Shown here one piece after another: positions 27,414 to 37,399 of a stretch of 46,973 bases of DNA (within the stretch, counting starts at the first letter, position 1; every line of letters starts with the position of its first letter). The translations under genes and the position numbers were made by a program. The notes beneath the pieces were generated by a model. It was not told the origin of the DNA, did no database searches, and saw nothing but the letters and a program-made list of their open reading frames with translations. The stretch lies in IMG/VR virus record IMGVR_UViG_3300036846_001586, positions 1 through 46,973 of that record; one strand, 5' to 3'. The stretch is from a virus (lineage: Duplodnaviria > Caudoviricetes).

Positions 27414-27458
27414 ATTGCCAGCCGTCGGATAGCGGCTGGTGCCAGAGCTGGATAGCTC
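27414..27458 (+). promoter_or_regulatory. Twin GGAU-loop hairpin motif, copy 2
   Basis: GCCAGCCG-tcGGATag-CGGCTGGT then GAGCT-GGAT-AGCTC, upstream of the coat gene. Confidence 0.6.
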
Positions 27459-27497
27459 AAACAACCCTAAATTTTAATTTCGAAGGAATCCATACAC

Positions 27498-28634
27498 ATG
27501 GCTAACACGCTTACCGGGTTGATCCCGACTATCTATACCGCTCTGGATACTGTGTCACGTGAGCAGGTTGGGTTTATCCCTTCCGTATCACGTAATGCGA
27601 AAGCAGATGCAGCAGCGAAAGGGCAGTCAGTTACTGCACCAGTCGCACCGCCTGCAACGACCGTTGACATTGAACCGGGGGCTACGGCGCCAGATGATGG
27701 CAATCAGAACATCGGAAACGTTGAAGTTAAGATCACCAAATCCAAAATGGCCCCGGTCAAATGGAACGGTGAAGAGCAACTGGCGCTGGGTCCAGCAGGT
27801 ACCTACAACACTATTCTTGCGGATCAGTTTAAGCAGGCGTTTCGCGCGCTGTCTAACGAGATGGATGCCGATTTGGCGGCGCTGTATTACGCCTCATCCC
27901 GTGCTGTTGGTACTGCGGGTACAGCACCGTTTGGTATTGCCGGTGATTTATCCGATGCAGCAAACGCGCGACAGGTTCTTTCAGACAACGGCTCACCGAC
28001 GACTGATTTGCAGATGGTTCTGGGCTCCTCTGCGATTGCGAACCTTCGCGGTAAGCAGTCGGTGCTGTTTAAAGTGAACGAATCGGGTACTGATGCCTTA
28101 CTGCGTGAAGGTATCGTGGGTCGCCTGGAGGGCTTTAACATCCACGAATCCGCACACGTTAAGAAACGTGCAGCATCTGCTGCTGCCGGATACCTGGTCA
28201 ATGGCGCGAAAGATGAAGGCGACATTCTGATTCCCATTGATAGCGGCGCGGGGGCCTTTGCTGCCGGTGATATCGTGGTGTTCGACGGTGACAGCAATCA
28301 GTATCTGGTGGCCGCGGCTACTGCTGCAACTATCACCCTGGCAGCTCCGGGCTTACGCCAGGCGCTGGCCGACAACACCGCTATTACTGCGACCGGCCCC
28401 TTTACTGCCAATATGGCGTTTGACCGCAACGCATTCCTGCTGGCGTCCCGAACCCCAGCAATGCCGCAGGGTGGCGATACCGCGGATGATGTAATGAACG
28501 TTACCGACCCGGTCTCGGGCATCACTTACCAGGTGGCGCTATACCGTCAGTACCGCCAGGTGCGCTACGAAGTTGGCCTGTCATGGGGTGTGGCGGCAGT
28601 GAAAACGGAACATTCGGTTCTGCTGTTGGGTTAA
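27498..28634 (+). CDS. Major capsid protein (P22 coat family)
   Basis: 378 aa after the scaffold; 'MANTLTGLIP...LREGIVGRLEGF'; strong terminator after. Confidence 0.85.
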   Translation: MANTLTGLIPTIYTALDTVSREQVGFIPSVSRNAKADAAAKGQSVTAPVAPPATTVDIEPGATAPDDGNQNIGNVEVKITKSKMAPVKWNGEEQLALGPAGTYNTILADQFKQAFRALSNEMDADLAALYYASSRAVGTAGTAPFGIAGDLSDAANARQVLSDNGSPTTDLQMVLGSSAIANLRGKQSVLFKVNESGTDALLREGIVGRLEGFNIHESAHVKKRAASAAAGYLVNGAKDEGDILIPIDSGAGAFAAGDIVVFDGDSNQYLVAAATAATITLAAPGLRQALADNTAITATGPFTANMAFDRNAFLLASRTPAMPQGGDTADDVMNVTDPVSGITYQVALYRQYRQVRYEVGLSWGVAAVKTEHSVLLLG

Positions 28635-28672
28635 CAATCAGGGGCTTCGGCCCCTTTTTTAGTGGAGGGCCA

Positions 28673-28906
28673 ATGGCCGGATTAACTAAAGAACAGCGCG
28701 CTCAACGAGCGGCGGAAAAACTTGCTGCCGAACTTGCTGCAAAAAGCAATTCTGAGCAGCAGGAGCAGCAGGAGCAGCAGGAGCAGGATTATCTGGTTGC
28801 TATGGTCACTGACTTTCCGGCATTTCCCGGCGCTCCAACAAATGCTGACGTACATCCTGATGAGGTTGAAAACTGGAAGGCGCTCGGCTGGAAAGAAACG
28901 GAGTAA
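28673..28906 (+). CDS. Small head-associated protein with an EQQ tandem repeat
   Basis: GGAGG SD; (GAGCAGCAG)x3 plus a partial copy at 28754-28786. Confidence 0.7.
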   Translation: MAGLTKEQRAQRAAEKLAAELAAKSNSEQQEQQEQQEQDYLVAMVTDFPAFPGAPTNADVHPDEVENWKALGWKETE

Positions 28907-28909
28907 TAG

Positions 28910-29320
28910 ATGCTCACCTTCATAACTGTTGAAGACGTCAATTCCAATCTGGGAGATTCCTGGACTGATGAAAGCAAAAAAGTCAGGTCTGTATTGATGG
29001 CTAACACCTGGATGAATGGTCTCAATCTGAAGCTTCCGTGCAATAAGGCTACTAACGAAACCATTATTCCTGACGATGTGAAGCAGGCTGGCGCCTATGC
29101 GGCACTGGCTGCATCAAATGACGGGCTGTATCAGCAGAAAACCGATTCTGGGGTGCTGCTGAGTAAGACGGTTGATGCTGACGATGTTTCTGTTTCAAAG
29201 TCCTATGCCGAGATCGCCACCAATAGCACGGCATTACTCGATTCCGACCTGCAGCTTGCGCTGGCCATGCTTATGCCATATGGCGTTAGTAAGTCGCAGG
29301 TGCGGTTGGTCAGGGGGTAG
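28910..29320 (+). CDS. Head-tail adaptor
   Basis: Size and synteny after the coat gene. Confidence 0.65.
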   Translation: MLTFITVEDVNSNLGDSWTDESKKVRSVLMANTWMNGLNLKLPCNKATNETIIPDDVKQAGAYAALAASNDGLYQQKTDSGVLLSKTVDADDVSVSKSYAEIATNSTALLDSDLQLALAMLMPYGVSKSQVRLVRG

Positions 29321-29325
29321 GTAGC

Positions 29326-29709
29326 ATGGGCATACGTGACGAGCTACAAACTGAAGTCGCCGCAGCATTCGATACCGACCTGCAGGATGCTGTTAAGGAT
29401 TTCACTGGAACATACACCGTTCGAGGTGACTGGGATCCGGTAACGGAAACCGGCAGTGAAATGCAGGTGATGTATTCAGGGCGTGGTGTTATGGCGCGGT
29501 ACAAACTCCGTCGTATCGATGGCGTTAATATCCTGCACGGTGACCTGAAATTAACCGCCCTGGTTAACGAGGTGACCGATAGGCCAGCAGTCGGGCACTT
29601 TGTCACGGCGCCGGAACCGATAACTTGTGTACCTCAGCGTTATGAGGTCATAACCGCCGCTGTTGATTCTGCTGGTGCTGCGTATTCCATCCAGTTACGG
29701 AGGGCGTGA
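29326..29709 (+). CDS. Head closure protein
   Basis: Synteny; 'WDPVTE...YSIQLRR'. Confidence 0.65.
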   Translation: MGIRDELQTEVAAAFDTDLQDAVKDFTGTYTVRGDWDPVTETGSEMQVMYSGRGVMARYKLRRIDGVNILHGDLKLTALVNEVTDRPAVGHFVTAPEPITCVPQRYEVITAAVDSAGAAYSIQLRRA

Positions 29710-29710
29710 T

Positions 29711-30262
29711 ATGGCTAAGGGCTGGAGTATTGACCCGGCAGCATTCGCCGGGCTGGTGGCCGATGACGTGAGGTTGCGGCAGCGAGCCATCGCTACACAG
29801 CTGCTGAATGAAATCGTGAAACGGTCTCCTGTCGGCAATCCAGAGTTATGGGCGATTAACGCTACCGCCGTCGAGTACTCCAAAGCGGTTGGAGAATGGA
29901 ACGAATCGCTCTACGACAACCCGGATAATCTGACCAAAACCGGGCGACTCAGGAAGAAAGTACGTGTTAACGACAGCATGGATATCAAACGCCCGGCAGA
30001 TTATCGTGCGGGTACGTTCAGGGCTTCGCATTTCGTAAGTATCGGATCACCGGATTACTCGGTTCCAACAGAGGAGGACCCGCGCGGAACGACGACATTT
30101 CTCAACGGTAAAAACATCATCGATCAGGCTCCGGCCTACTCAGTGATTTATATCCAGTCAAACCTTCCTTACTCCGTACCTCTGGAGAACGGGCATTCAA
30201 CGCAGGCTCCAGCGGGCGTCTATGCAGTTTCATTTCACGGTGTCGTTCAGGCCTACAAATGA
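29711..30262 (+). CDS. HK97 gp10-like tail completion protein
   Basis: 'RSPV...GTFRAS...NLPYSVPLENGHSTQAPAG'. Confidence 0.75.
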   Translation: MAKGWSIDPAAFAGLVADDVRLRQRAIATQLLNEIVKRSPVGNPELWAINATAVEYSKAVGEWNESLYDNPDNLTKTGRLRKKVRVNDSMDIKRPADYRAGTFRASHFVSIGSPDYSVPTEEDPRGTTTFLNGKNIIDQAPAYSVIYIQSNLPYSVPLENGHSTQAPAGVYAVSFHGVVQAYK

Positions 30263-30651
30263 CCCTTACAGAAATCAGAAACGCTGTCATTTCCCGAATG
30301 ACGGCGCAGACCGCTATTGCTTCTGATGCGGTGGACTATCCCAACGGACCGCTATTTGATCCGAGTGGCCGCGATATCTGGGCACGCTTCACCAATATTT
30401 CAGGGCAGGCGGGAGCCAACGAAACTGGGAACGGGCCGGTAGTTCATCGAACCGGTGTACTTATCATTCAGCTATTTGTACCGGTCTACACCGGCACGAT
30501 TCTGCTTACTCGAACAGCAGACCAGCTAACAGAGCATTTCGAATTCCAGAATGACGGACGACTGAGTTACTCCGCTGTATCGGCAATCCCGGCGGGCGAG
30601 GCCGACGGCTGGTCTCAGCTCAATCTACATATTCCTTACCGCGCTCTGTAG
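30259..30651 (+). CDS. Tail terminator protein
   Basis: Synteny before the tail tube gene; 'GVLIIQLFVP'. Confidence 0.7.
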   Translation: MTLTEIRNAVISRMTAQTAIASDAVDYPNGPLFDPSGRDIWARFTNISGQAGANETGNGPVVHRTGVLIIQLFVPVYTGTILLTRTADQLTEHFEFQNDGRLSYSAVSAIPAGEADGWSQLNLHIPYRAL

Positions 30652-30677
30652 CGCTTAACTTCGATGGAGGTGACCGC

Positions 30678-31850
30678 ATGTCGAGCGGCGCTAAGGTACT
30701 CTCGGCCTTTATCCGGGAGACGACACCAGGAATTACGCCTGCTGGCGTCTGGAATCTTCTCAAACGCACCAATTGGGGCGTTGGCCCGTCCCAGAACACC
30801 AACGACAACGACGAGATCGGCGGCACCCGAATGGCGCAGGGCGCTACGCTGGGAACGGTCGATGTTGGCGGCGATGTCGGGGCAAAATTCCGCTACGGCC
30901 AGCATGATGACTTCCTGGCTTCGTGTTTTGGCGCGGAGTGGGCGGGCAACGTGTTGATGATGGGGAATGACCGTATTTCCTTCTCTCTTGCGACATACGC
31001 TTCGGACGTTGGCATTGCCTCTATTGTTCGTGGCGCTCAGGTAAGCGTGTTCCAGTTGGAAGTTCCGAATGATGGTGATGTTACCGCGACAGTCACATTC
31101 GCCGGGCTGGGTTGGGACTCAAAAGCAGACGATACGAGTTACATCACAGGCACACCTGCTGATAATGCTGGCGAGTTGCGTTACTCGTTCAAAGAGGTCA
31201 CTGCAATTAACCTGAATGGCGTCGATGGTGGTGATGGTTTCTGTATTGATACCTTTAACATCCAGTTTGATAACAACGTTCAGACTCAGCGTTGTATCGG
31301 TACCGGCTCACCGTATGCCGGGGCCAATATCCCGACTACGTTCACGCCGTCAGGTTCGATCACTTTGTCGTGGTCAAAAGCAGCGTGGGAGGTCTGGAGT
31401 AAAACGCTTACCGGCGCAACCGTGCCATTCAGTTTCACACTGGCGAACGACGAAGGACAGTACACGTTTAACTTCCCAAAAGTGCAGGTCTCTGGCGACT
31501 GGCCGGATGGCGGCAATACCGACATTATCCAGGTTCAACTGGATATCACTGCAGCTGACGAGTCGCCGACGATTACCCGCGCTGTTACCGTCCCTGCCAC
31601 GGCAATCAGCGTAACGCCAGAAACTTCATCAGGTGATGTCGGTACTTCCGTCACGCTGACAGCGAACCTTGCCCCGGCTGGTGCGACTGATGCTGTGCAG
31701 TGGGAGTCATCAGATCCGACTGTCGCAACGGTGGTATCGACAGGCCAAAAAACCTGCCAGGTAGTCAGAGCCGGCGACGGCACCGCAACGATAACCGGTA
31801 AAGTGCGAGGCTTCACCGCCACCGCCGAGATTACCGTAACTGAACCATAA
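30678..31850 (+). CDS. Major tail tube protein with a C-terminal Ig-like domain
   Basis: 'VQWESSDPTVATV...GTATIT' Big_2-type motif. Confidence 0.85.
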   Translation: MSSGAKVLSAFIRETTPGITPAGVWNLLKRTNWGVGPSQNTNDNDEIGGTRMAQGATLGTVDVGGDVGAKFRYGQHDDFLASCFGAEWAGNVLMMGNDRISFSLATYASDVGIASIVRGAQVSVFQLEVPNDGDVTATVTFAGLGWDSKADDTSYITGTPADNAGELRYSFKEVTAINLNGVDGGDGFCIDTFNIQFDNNVQTQRCIGTGSPYAGANIPTTFTPSGSITLSWSKAAWEVWSKTLTGATVPFSFTLANDEGQYTFNFPKVQVSGDWPDGGNTDIIQVQLDITAADESPTITRAVTVPATAISVTPETSSGDVGTSVTLTANLAPAGATDAVQWESSDPTVATVVSTGQKTCQVVRAGDGTATITGKVRGFTATAEITVTEP

Positions 31851-31912
31851 AATTTCCCTTGCCCGTTCCGCTCTACATGGTGGCGCGGGCTTTTTTCATG
31901 CAGGAGTTTTTA

Positions 31913-32380
31913 ATGATTATCCTAGCCCCACGAATTGATGTTGGTGGTGAGCGCTGGTTCACACCACTGAAAGGTCTGAAACCCATTGAAGGCCTGAAAC
32001 TGCTGGTCAACAGCATTGATAACGACCAGTATCGCTCGCGTAATGCTCTTATCCGTCGTCATATTGAAAAAATGGACGCCAGTTACCAGGTTGGAACCAG
32101 CGAATTTAGCCTGTCAGCGGTCGGGGAAATAGACTCTGCTGATGATCTGCTTATCGACAACTGTGCGCATTACCTGCTCAAAGACTGGAAGGGCGTTGGT
32201 GAGCTTGTTGATGGCGAAGAAGTTCCGATTGAATACACGCCGGAACGCGGAGCTGCACTTCTGAAACAGGAGCCAGCGATTTACTGGCAAATTCTGGCGG
32301 AGGCAGCCAGCATCGCCCAGGGCAAAGAGCAGCAAAAGCAGGAAACCGTAAAAAAGTCATCGAAGCGCAGAAGTGGCTGA
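31913..32380 (+). CDS. Tail assembly chaperone (G)
   Basis: Between the tube and tape measure genes; AGGAG SD; slippery site near the end. Confidence 0.75.
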   Translation: MIILAPRIDVGGERWFTPLKGLKPIEGLKLLVNSIDNDQYRSRNALIRRHIEKMDASYQVGTSEFSLSAVGEIDSADDLLIDNCAHYLLKDWKGVGELVDGEEVPIEYTPERGAALLKQEPAIYWQILAEAASIAQGKEQQKQETVKKSSKRRSG

Positions 32381-32697
32381 GTGAATTCGGCGGGGAGCAG
32401 GGTGAAAAGGCAAAGTGGCGAAGGGAGAAATTAAAACTCCCGCCAATTCCTGAGCCTGAGATTGATGCTGTAACGGGGGAGATACTCAACGCTTACGCAA
32501 TGATATCTCGTGGCAGACAGTATACCGGAATGGCTGGCGTACCGCTCCCGTTGTCACTGCACGATATCGAGCGCTATCTGGCCTCACGTTCTATCCTGAT
32601 TGACCGTACAGAGTTTGATGCTTCGATACTTGCCCTCGACGATGCCTGGCGGGATGAGTGGGCGAAGGAACAGAAAGGAAGCAGCAAGAAGAAATGA
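32350..32697 (+). CDS. -1 frameshift extension of the tail chaperone (GT)
   Basis: A AAA AAG at 32350-32356; the -1 frame is open (VIEAQKWLSEFGG...) and continues into the 32500-32697 ORF. Confidence 0.8.
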   Translation, partial: KKVIEAQKWLSEFGGEQGEKAKWRREKLKLPPIPEPEIDAVTGEILNAYAMISRGRQYTGMAGVPLPLSLHDIERYLASRSILIDRTEFDASILALDDAWRDEWAKEQKGSSKKK

Positions 32698-32719
32698 GCC
32701 TCGGTACAGTCCGGGGCTT

Positions 32720-33143
32720 TTTTATACCCGCAACAAATCGTGCATTCGCGTGCGCATCTTCCAGCAAGAGCTTTCCGTAGTGTGAGTCTGAGACAGGGCG
32801 GTGGATTTCATCGTACCGCTCTTGGCTGCCCATGTCTGGCCGCGTTCCCCGTCAAAGGGCAAATGAAGTTACTGTATGCGGCGGCATGAGCATGAAAAAC
32901 TGAATTGTTGAATGCGCCTCCAGAGCTGGGCGAGACTTCTCGGAGTTCATGAAAGGCGAGAAGAACATGGTGGAGACGCTACGGTTTGCTGAAGAATTCA
33001 CAGAGCAGTTACGCATTTACGGCTGCGTTAATCACCACTTTATCAAGTTCATGATGTTGAAGGCGATAATGAAGGTGTTCGACGATGTACAGCGTGAGGA
33101 AAAGCGTGAAGATCGCCGACGCAAACGAGCGACAGAAAAATGA
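32720..33143 (+). pseudogene. Decayed regulatory cassette: leader plus short C-terminal stub of a deleted gene, then a small gene with a nonsense codon
   Basis: Stub 'GRVPVKGQMKLLYAAA*' ends at 32888; ATG AAA AAC TGA ATT... at 32892 is in frame with the 32949-33143 ORF. Confidence 0.45.
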
Positions 33144-33197
33144 AGACTGAACACAACCTCGCTCTGGCGGGGTTTTTTTACGCCCGGAGAAAGGTAA

Positions 33198-36100
33198 ATG
33201 ACCGAACAAACATCACGCCTTGCTATTGTTCTGGATAGTTCCGGGGCAAAGAATAATGCCGATAATCTGGCGACGGCGCTGGCTAGAATCACCCAGGCTG
33301 GCGAGCAGGCGGAAAGGTCAACAGACAGCCTGAAGCATGAGTTCATTGATTACAACATAGTGCAAAAATCTGTTTCCAAAGAGACGCGGAACCATCGGCA
33401 GGAACTGAGCGAGCAACAAAAAGCGCTTGCAAAACTAAGGGACCAGATTGACCCGGTTAGTGCGGCCCTTGATAAGCTGGATGACAGATATCAGGAACTC
33501 AAGAAATACCAGAAGGCTGGGATTTTGCCGGATGACGATTTCGATTATCTGGCATCTAAGCTCCGCGAGACAGAAAAAGCAATCAATGGCGAGGCGCTGG
33601 CTGAAAGAGCAGCAGCAAAAGCCAGGGATGAGCAAAGCGCGTCACTTCAGCGTCTTTCCGCTCAGCTTGACCCGATAGGTACGGCATTTAAAAGGCTGGC
33701 AGACCAGCAGAAGCAACTCGACAGCGCGAAGGCTTCTGGTATGTTGTCGCCGGAAAGATACGATGTGCTTTCTTCCAGCCTTGCGACTACCCGTAAGCAA
33801 CTGGAAATCACCCAGGATGCAATGAAGAAGACCGGGGTCACGTCCCGCGCGATGGCGTACCAGATGCGCATGATCCCAGCGCAAATGACCGATATTGTCG
33901 TGAGCCTCGCTTCCGGTCAGGCTCCGATGACGGTCTTATTGCAGCAGGGCGGTCAGCTTAAAGATATGTTCGGCGGTATCGGGCCAGCGATTAAAGGAGT
34001 TGGCGGATATGTGGCGGGGCTGATTAACCCGTTTACTCTGGCGGCTGCGGCGGTCGGTGTTCTTGGTCTGGCCTATTACAAAGGCTCTAAGGATCAGGAT
34101 GCGTATAATAAATCCATTATTCTTACAGGTGGCTATGCTGGTAAAACTGCCGGTGAGTTGCAGATAATGGCGAAGTCGCTTTCGACATTTTCAATATCCC
34201 AGAGTCAATTTGCTGAAAGTATTGCAAAGGTCGTTGGTACAGGCAGCTTTTCAGGCTCCAGCATTATGATGATAGCCGATACTGCTGAAAAAATGCGGGA
34301 CTCGGTAGGAGTGTCAGTCGATGACACAATAAAACAGTTCCAGCGCATTCAAGACGACCCAGTAAATGCTGTAAAAGAGCTTGATAAATCGATCCACTTC
34401 CTCACCGCTACGCAGTTAGAGCAGATCACCACTCTTGCCGAGCAGGGCAGAAGCCAGGAAGCGGCGAGAATAGCCATGGAAAGCTATTCATCTGCAATGC
34501 GAACCCGCTCAGAAGAAATTAAGGCTAGCTTAGGCTCACTGGAAACAGCCTGGAACTGGCTTGGTGACGCAGCAAAAAGCGCATGGGACAAAATGCTGGA
34601 TATCGGTCGCGTGAAGACGACCAAGCAGCAAATAGATGAAATTGAGCGAAAACTTGTTGAGTTCCAGACGAATCCTGTAAGTAAGGGGCTGTATTTTAAT
34701 GAGACCGGACTTACCGCTGATGACCTGAAAAATGAACTGAAGAAGCTGCAAGAAATTGATTTTCGCGAAAGCCTGGACAACGCCAGAGAGCAGGCAGATA
34801 AAAACGAAGAGGAAAGGAAAAAGCGAGAATTTAATGCGACAAAGAAACTCAACCAGCAATATGAAAACGAGGAAGAGCGTCACCAGCGCACACTGAATGA
34901 AATCAGGAATTCATGGGCAAGTCAGGCGGCAATTGATCAGGCTATCCAGCGTGAAAATGCTCGTTATGAGAAGTCGCTACAGAAGGGAAATCGCGGCAGA
35001 AAAGGCAAATCTTACTCCGAAGACGCAGCAACCCGGCTACTCGACCAGATAAACCAGCAAACTGCCGCGATGCAGTCTCAACTGGACGCCGGCGACAAGC
35101 TGAACAGCGCTACACAGGCGCGAGTAAAGTTTGAACAACAGATTGCTGACCTCAGGTCTAAAACGCAACTCACCGCCGATCAGAAGTCAATTCTGGCGCG
35201 TTCTGAGGAAATCCTTCAGGCGTACAAAAATCAGGAAGTGTTGCAAAATTCGGTTAAGACGCTGGATGACTACCGGAAGATGCAGGAGCAGGTTCGAACA
35301 AAGGATGAGCAGACAAATAACCTTCTTAGAGACCGCCTCGAGCTTCTGGAAAAGGCAAAAGCGACCGGGCAATTGATGCTGGGAGAGTATGAACAAACCC
35401 GTTCAAATATTCTCGGTAGTACAACTGCACATCTACCGAGTTCGGTAAAGAAAGTGACAGGCAGTCTTTCGCCTGTGGGGGGCGAGTTATCTGGTTCGTG
35501 GGGAGGCATTCAGCAACAATCGCAGGAAATACAGCGAGCGCAAATGGATTTAGATATGTGGCAAGCTGATCAGCTCGCTGCATATCAGCAAATGGACCTG
35601 ACCACGAAAGAATATGAGCAAAAGATGTATGAGACGCGGAGATTGTATGCCGATCAGACTGCGGCGTTGAGCAATCAGAACTTCCAGATTCAGACCGCAG
35701 CCACTCAGTCTATGTTTGATAGTGTGGTTTCAATAGCGCAAACAGGATTTGGTAAGCAGTCAGGGATTTATAAGGCTGCATTTGCTGCAAGCAAGGCATT
35801 TGCGATTGCTCAGTCCCTGATTTCTATCCAGCAGGGTATTGCTATGGCAGCAGCCAATCCATTTCCTTACAACATTGCGGCAATGGCGTCTGTTGCAGCA
35901 GCTACAGCTAGTATTGTTTCCAATATATCGACAATTTCTGGCGTTGGCTTCGCAACTGGCGGCTATACCGGCCCCGGTGGTAAATACGACCCGGCTGGCA
36001 TTGTTCACAAGGGCGAGTATGTTTTCGATAAAGCATCAACGAACCGGATCGGGGTGACTCAGCTTGAGGCGCTTCGGAATGGTAAACCGCTTGATGCAAC

Positions 36101-36365
36101 GCTCAGTAGGCCGGGATACGGAACGGGTGTTCAGAGTGTCAGCAACAACAACAGCAATACCACCATCATCAGCCCTACAGTCACAGTGCCTCCGATTACT
36201 ATTAACGGCAACCCATCTGATTCTACCGTTATGCTTGTCCAGCAGGCAGCTGCGAAAGGGGCAAAGCAGGGATATCAGCAGGTGGCTCATGACCTTGCTA
36301 ATGGGAGAGGTGACGTATTTAAGGCTCTCTCCGGTAAGTACAATACGGGAAGGAAGATAGGTTGA
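33198..36365 (+). CDS. Tail tape measure protein (lambda H-like)
   Basis: 1055 aa, helical; 'QMTDIVVSLASGQAPMTVLLQQGGQLKD' and 'FATGGYTG...AGIVHKGEYV'. Confidence 0.92.
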   Translation: MTEQTSRLAIVLDSSGAKNNADNLATALARITQAGEQAERSTDSLKHEFIDYNIVQKSVSKETRNHRQELSEQQKALAKLRDQIDPVSAALDKLDDRYQELKKYQKAGILPDDDFDYLASKLRETEKAINGEALAERAAAKARDEQSASLQRLSAQLDPIGTAFKRLADQQKQLDSAKASGMLSPERYDVLSSSLATTRKQLEITQDAMKKTGVTSRAMAYQMRMIPAQMTDIVVSLASGQAPMTVLLQQGGQLKDMFGGIGPAIKGVGGYVAGLINPFTLAAAAVGVLGLAYYKGSKDQDAYNKSIILTGGYAGKTAGELQIMAKSLSTFSISQSQFAESIAKVVGTGSFSGSSIMMIADTAEKMRDSVGVSVDDTIKQFQRIQDDPVNAVKELDKSIHFLTATQLEQITTLAEQGRSQEAARIAMESYSSAMRTRSEEIKASLGSLETAWNWLGDAAKSAWDKMLDIGRVKTTKQQIDEIERKLVEFQTNPVSKGLYFNETGLTADDLKNELKKLQEIDFRESLDNAREQADKNEEERKKREFNATKKLNQQYENEEERHQRTLNEIRNSWASQAAIDQAIQRENARYEKSLQKGNRGRKGKSYSEDAATRLLDQINQQTAAMQSQLDAGDKLNSATQARVKFEQQIADLRSKTQLTADQKSILARSEEILQAYKNQEVLQNSVKTLDDYRKMQEQVRTKDEQTNNLLRDRLELLEKAKATGQLMLGEYEQTRSNILGSTTAHLPSSVKKVTGSLSPVGGELSGSWGGIQQQSQEIQRAQMDLDMWQADQLAAYQQMDLTTKEYEQKMYETRRLYADQTAALSNQNFQIQTAATQSMFDSVVSIAQTGFGKQSGIYKAAFAASKAFAIAQSLISIQQGIAMAAANPFPYNIAAMASVAAATASIVSNISTISGVGFATGGYTGPGGKYDPAGIVHKGEYVFDKASTNRIGVTQLEALRNGKPLDATLSRPGYGTGVQSVSNNNSNTTIISPTVTVPPITINGNPSDSTVMLVQQAAAKGAKQGYQQVAHDLANGRGDVFKALSGKYNTGRKIG

Positions 36366-36445
36366 TTGCAGGCAAGGACGCCCCACATTGCCATGCACCC
36401 GGCCTGTGATAACATCAGGTTATGTTTACTGTTGGGGATAGGGAT

Positions 36446-36967
36446 ATGAAAAAATTATTGTTAGCGGCTTTTGTCGCTTCATTTTTGACTGGATGTGCTA
36501 ATAATCAAGGGCAGGAAGCTATAACCGGAGTTGATCGTCATAGCGGAAGTAAGACGGTGTTAATGCAGCCACATGGAACTGATTGCAAAAGTATGCAGTG
36601 TATAGCAATTGGAGCTTTCTGGGCTGAAAGTGAGAAAGATACCGCCCTTCTCAATATTTCCCTGATGAACACTACTGATTTTGTTAGAAGTGCCTACTTG
36701 GAGATAGATGGCAAAAAGTATCAACTGCGTGATGGTGGCGATCTTACTCGTTATGAGCGTCCTTTAGCTAACTACTCAGCATATGCACAGTCCCGCAAGG
36801 ATTACCTTGTGCCCTTAGACTTAATCAAGAAATTATCAACAGCTAAAAAGGCTTGGATTTTTGTTGAAACTGGTAGTGGCGTGATGTCGGATGCAATCAT
36901 TGATTCACAAGGTGACAGCAAGGCGTTTTACGCCATGCAAAGATTTCTTAAGCAAATTCCATATTAA
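36446..36967 (+). CDS. Lipoprotein moron
   Basis: MKKLLLAAFVASFLTG-C lipobox; own terminator at about 36976-36997. Confidence 0.8.
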   Translation: MKKLLLAAFVASFLTGCANNQGQEAITGVDRHSGSKTVLMQPHGTDCKSMQCIAIGAFWAESEKDTALLNISLMNTTDFVRSAYLEIDGKKYQLRDGGDLTRYERPLANYSAYAQSRKDYLVPLDLIKKLSTAKKAWIFVETGSGVMSDAIIDSQGDSKAFYAMQRFLKQIPY

Positions 36968-37084
36968 AGACGCATAGCCCACTCAAGTGGGCTTTTTAAC
37001 AATTAGTGCCATTTACTTGATGCTCTCAAGATATCTCTAACTCACCATATCTACTCATACTTCATCGTATCTAATCGCGGGTAA

Positions 37085-37338
37085 GAGTCCATGACGCTAT
37101 CCCGCTGCCGGTGATTGAAGAGCATTACTTCATGGCAGCAGAGGCTGGACTGAAAATGGGCGTCAGCGCCAATAAAATCGGCCGCATAGCTAACGCGAAT
37201 AACCTCAAAACTGAGCAGTACGGCAAATTCTTTCTGGATAAGTCGGCTCACTCCACTAAGCAGGTTGAAGCATTCCGCTATAACACCAACGGCATTGAAT
37301 CTCTTCGCCATCTGAACCATGGTGCTGACGTTGCCTGA
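37085..37338 (+). pseudogene. C-terminal fragment of a Rha/Ant-type antirepressor
   Basis: 'IPLPVIEEHY...ANKIGRIAN..NLKTEQYGKFFLDKS.HS.KQVEAFRYN'; N-terminal domain absent. Confidence 0.6.
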
Positions 37339-37399
37339 CGGATAACAAATTTAGGTCAAGAACCCGCTTAACGGCGGGTTTTTTATGCCCGGAGGAAAA

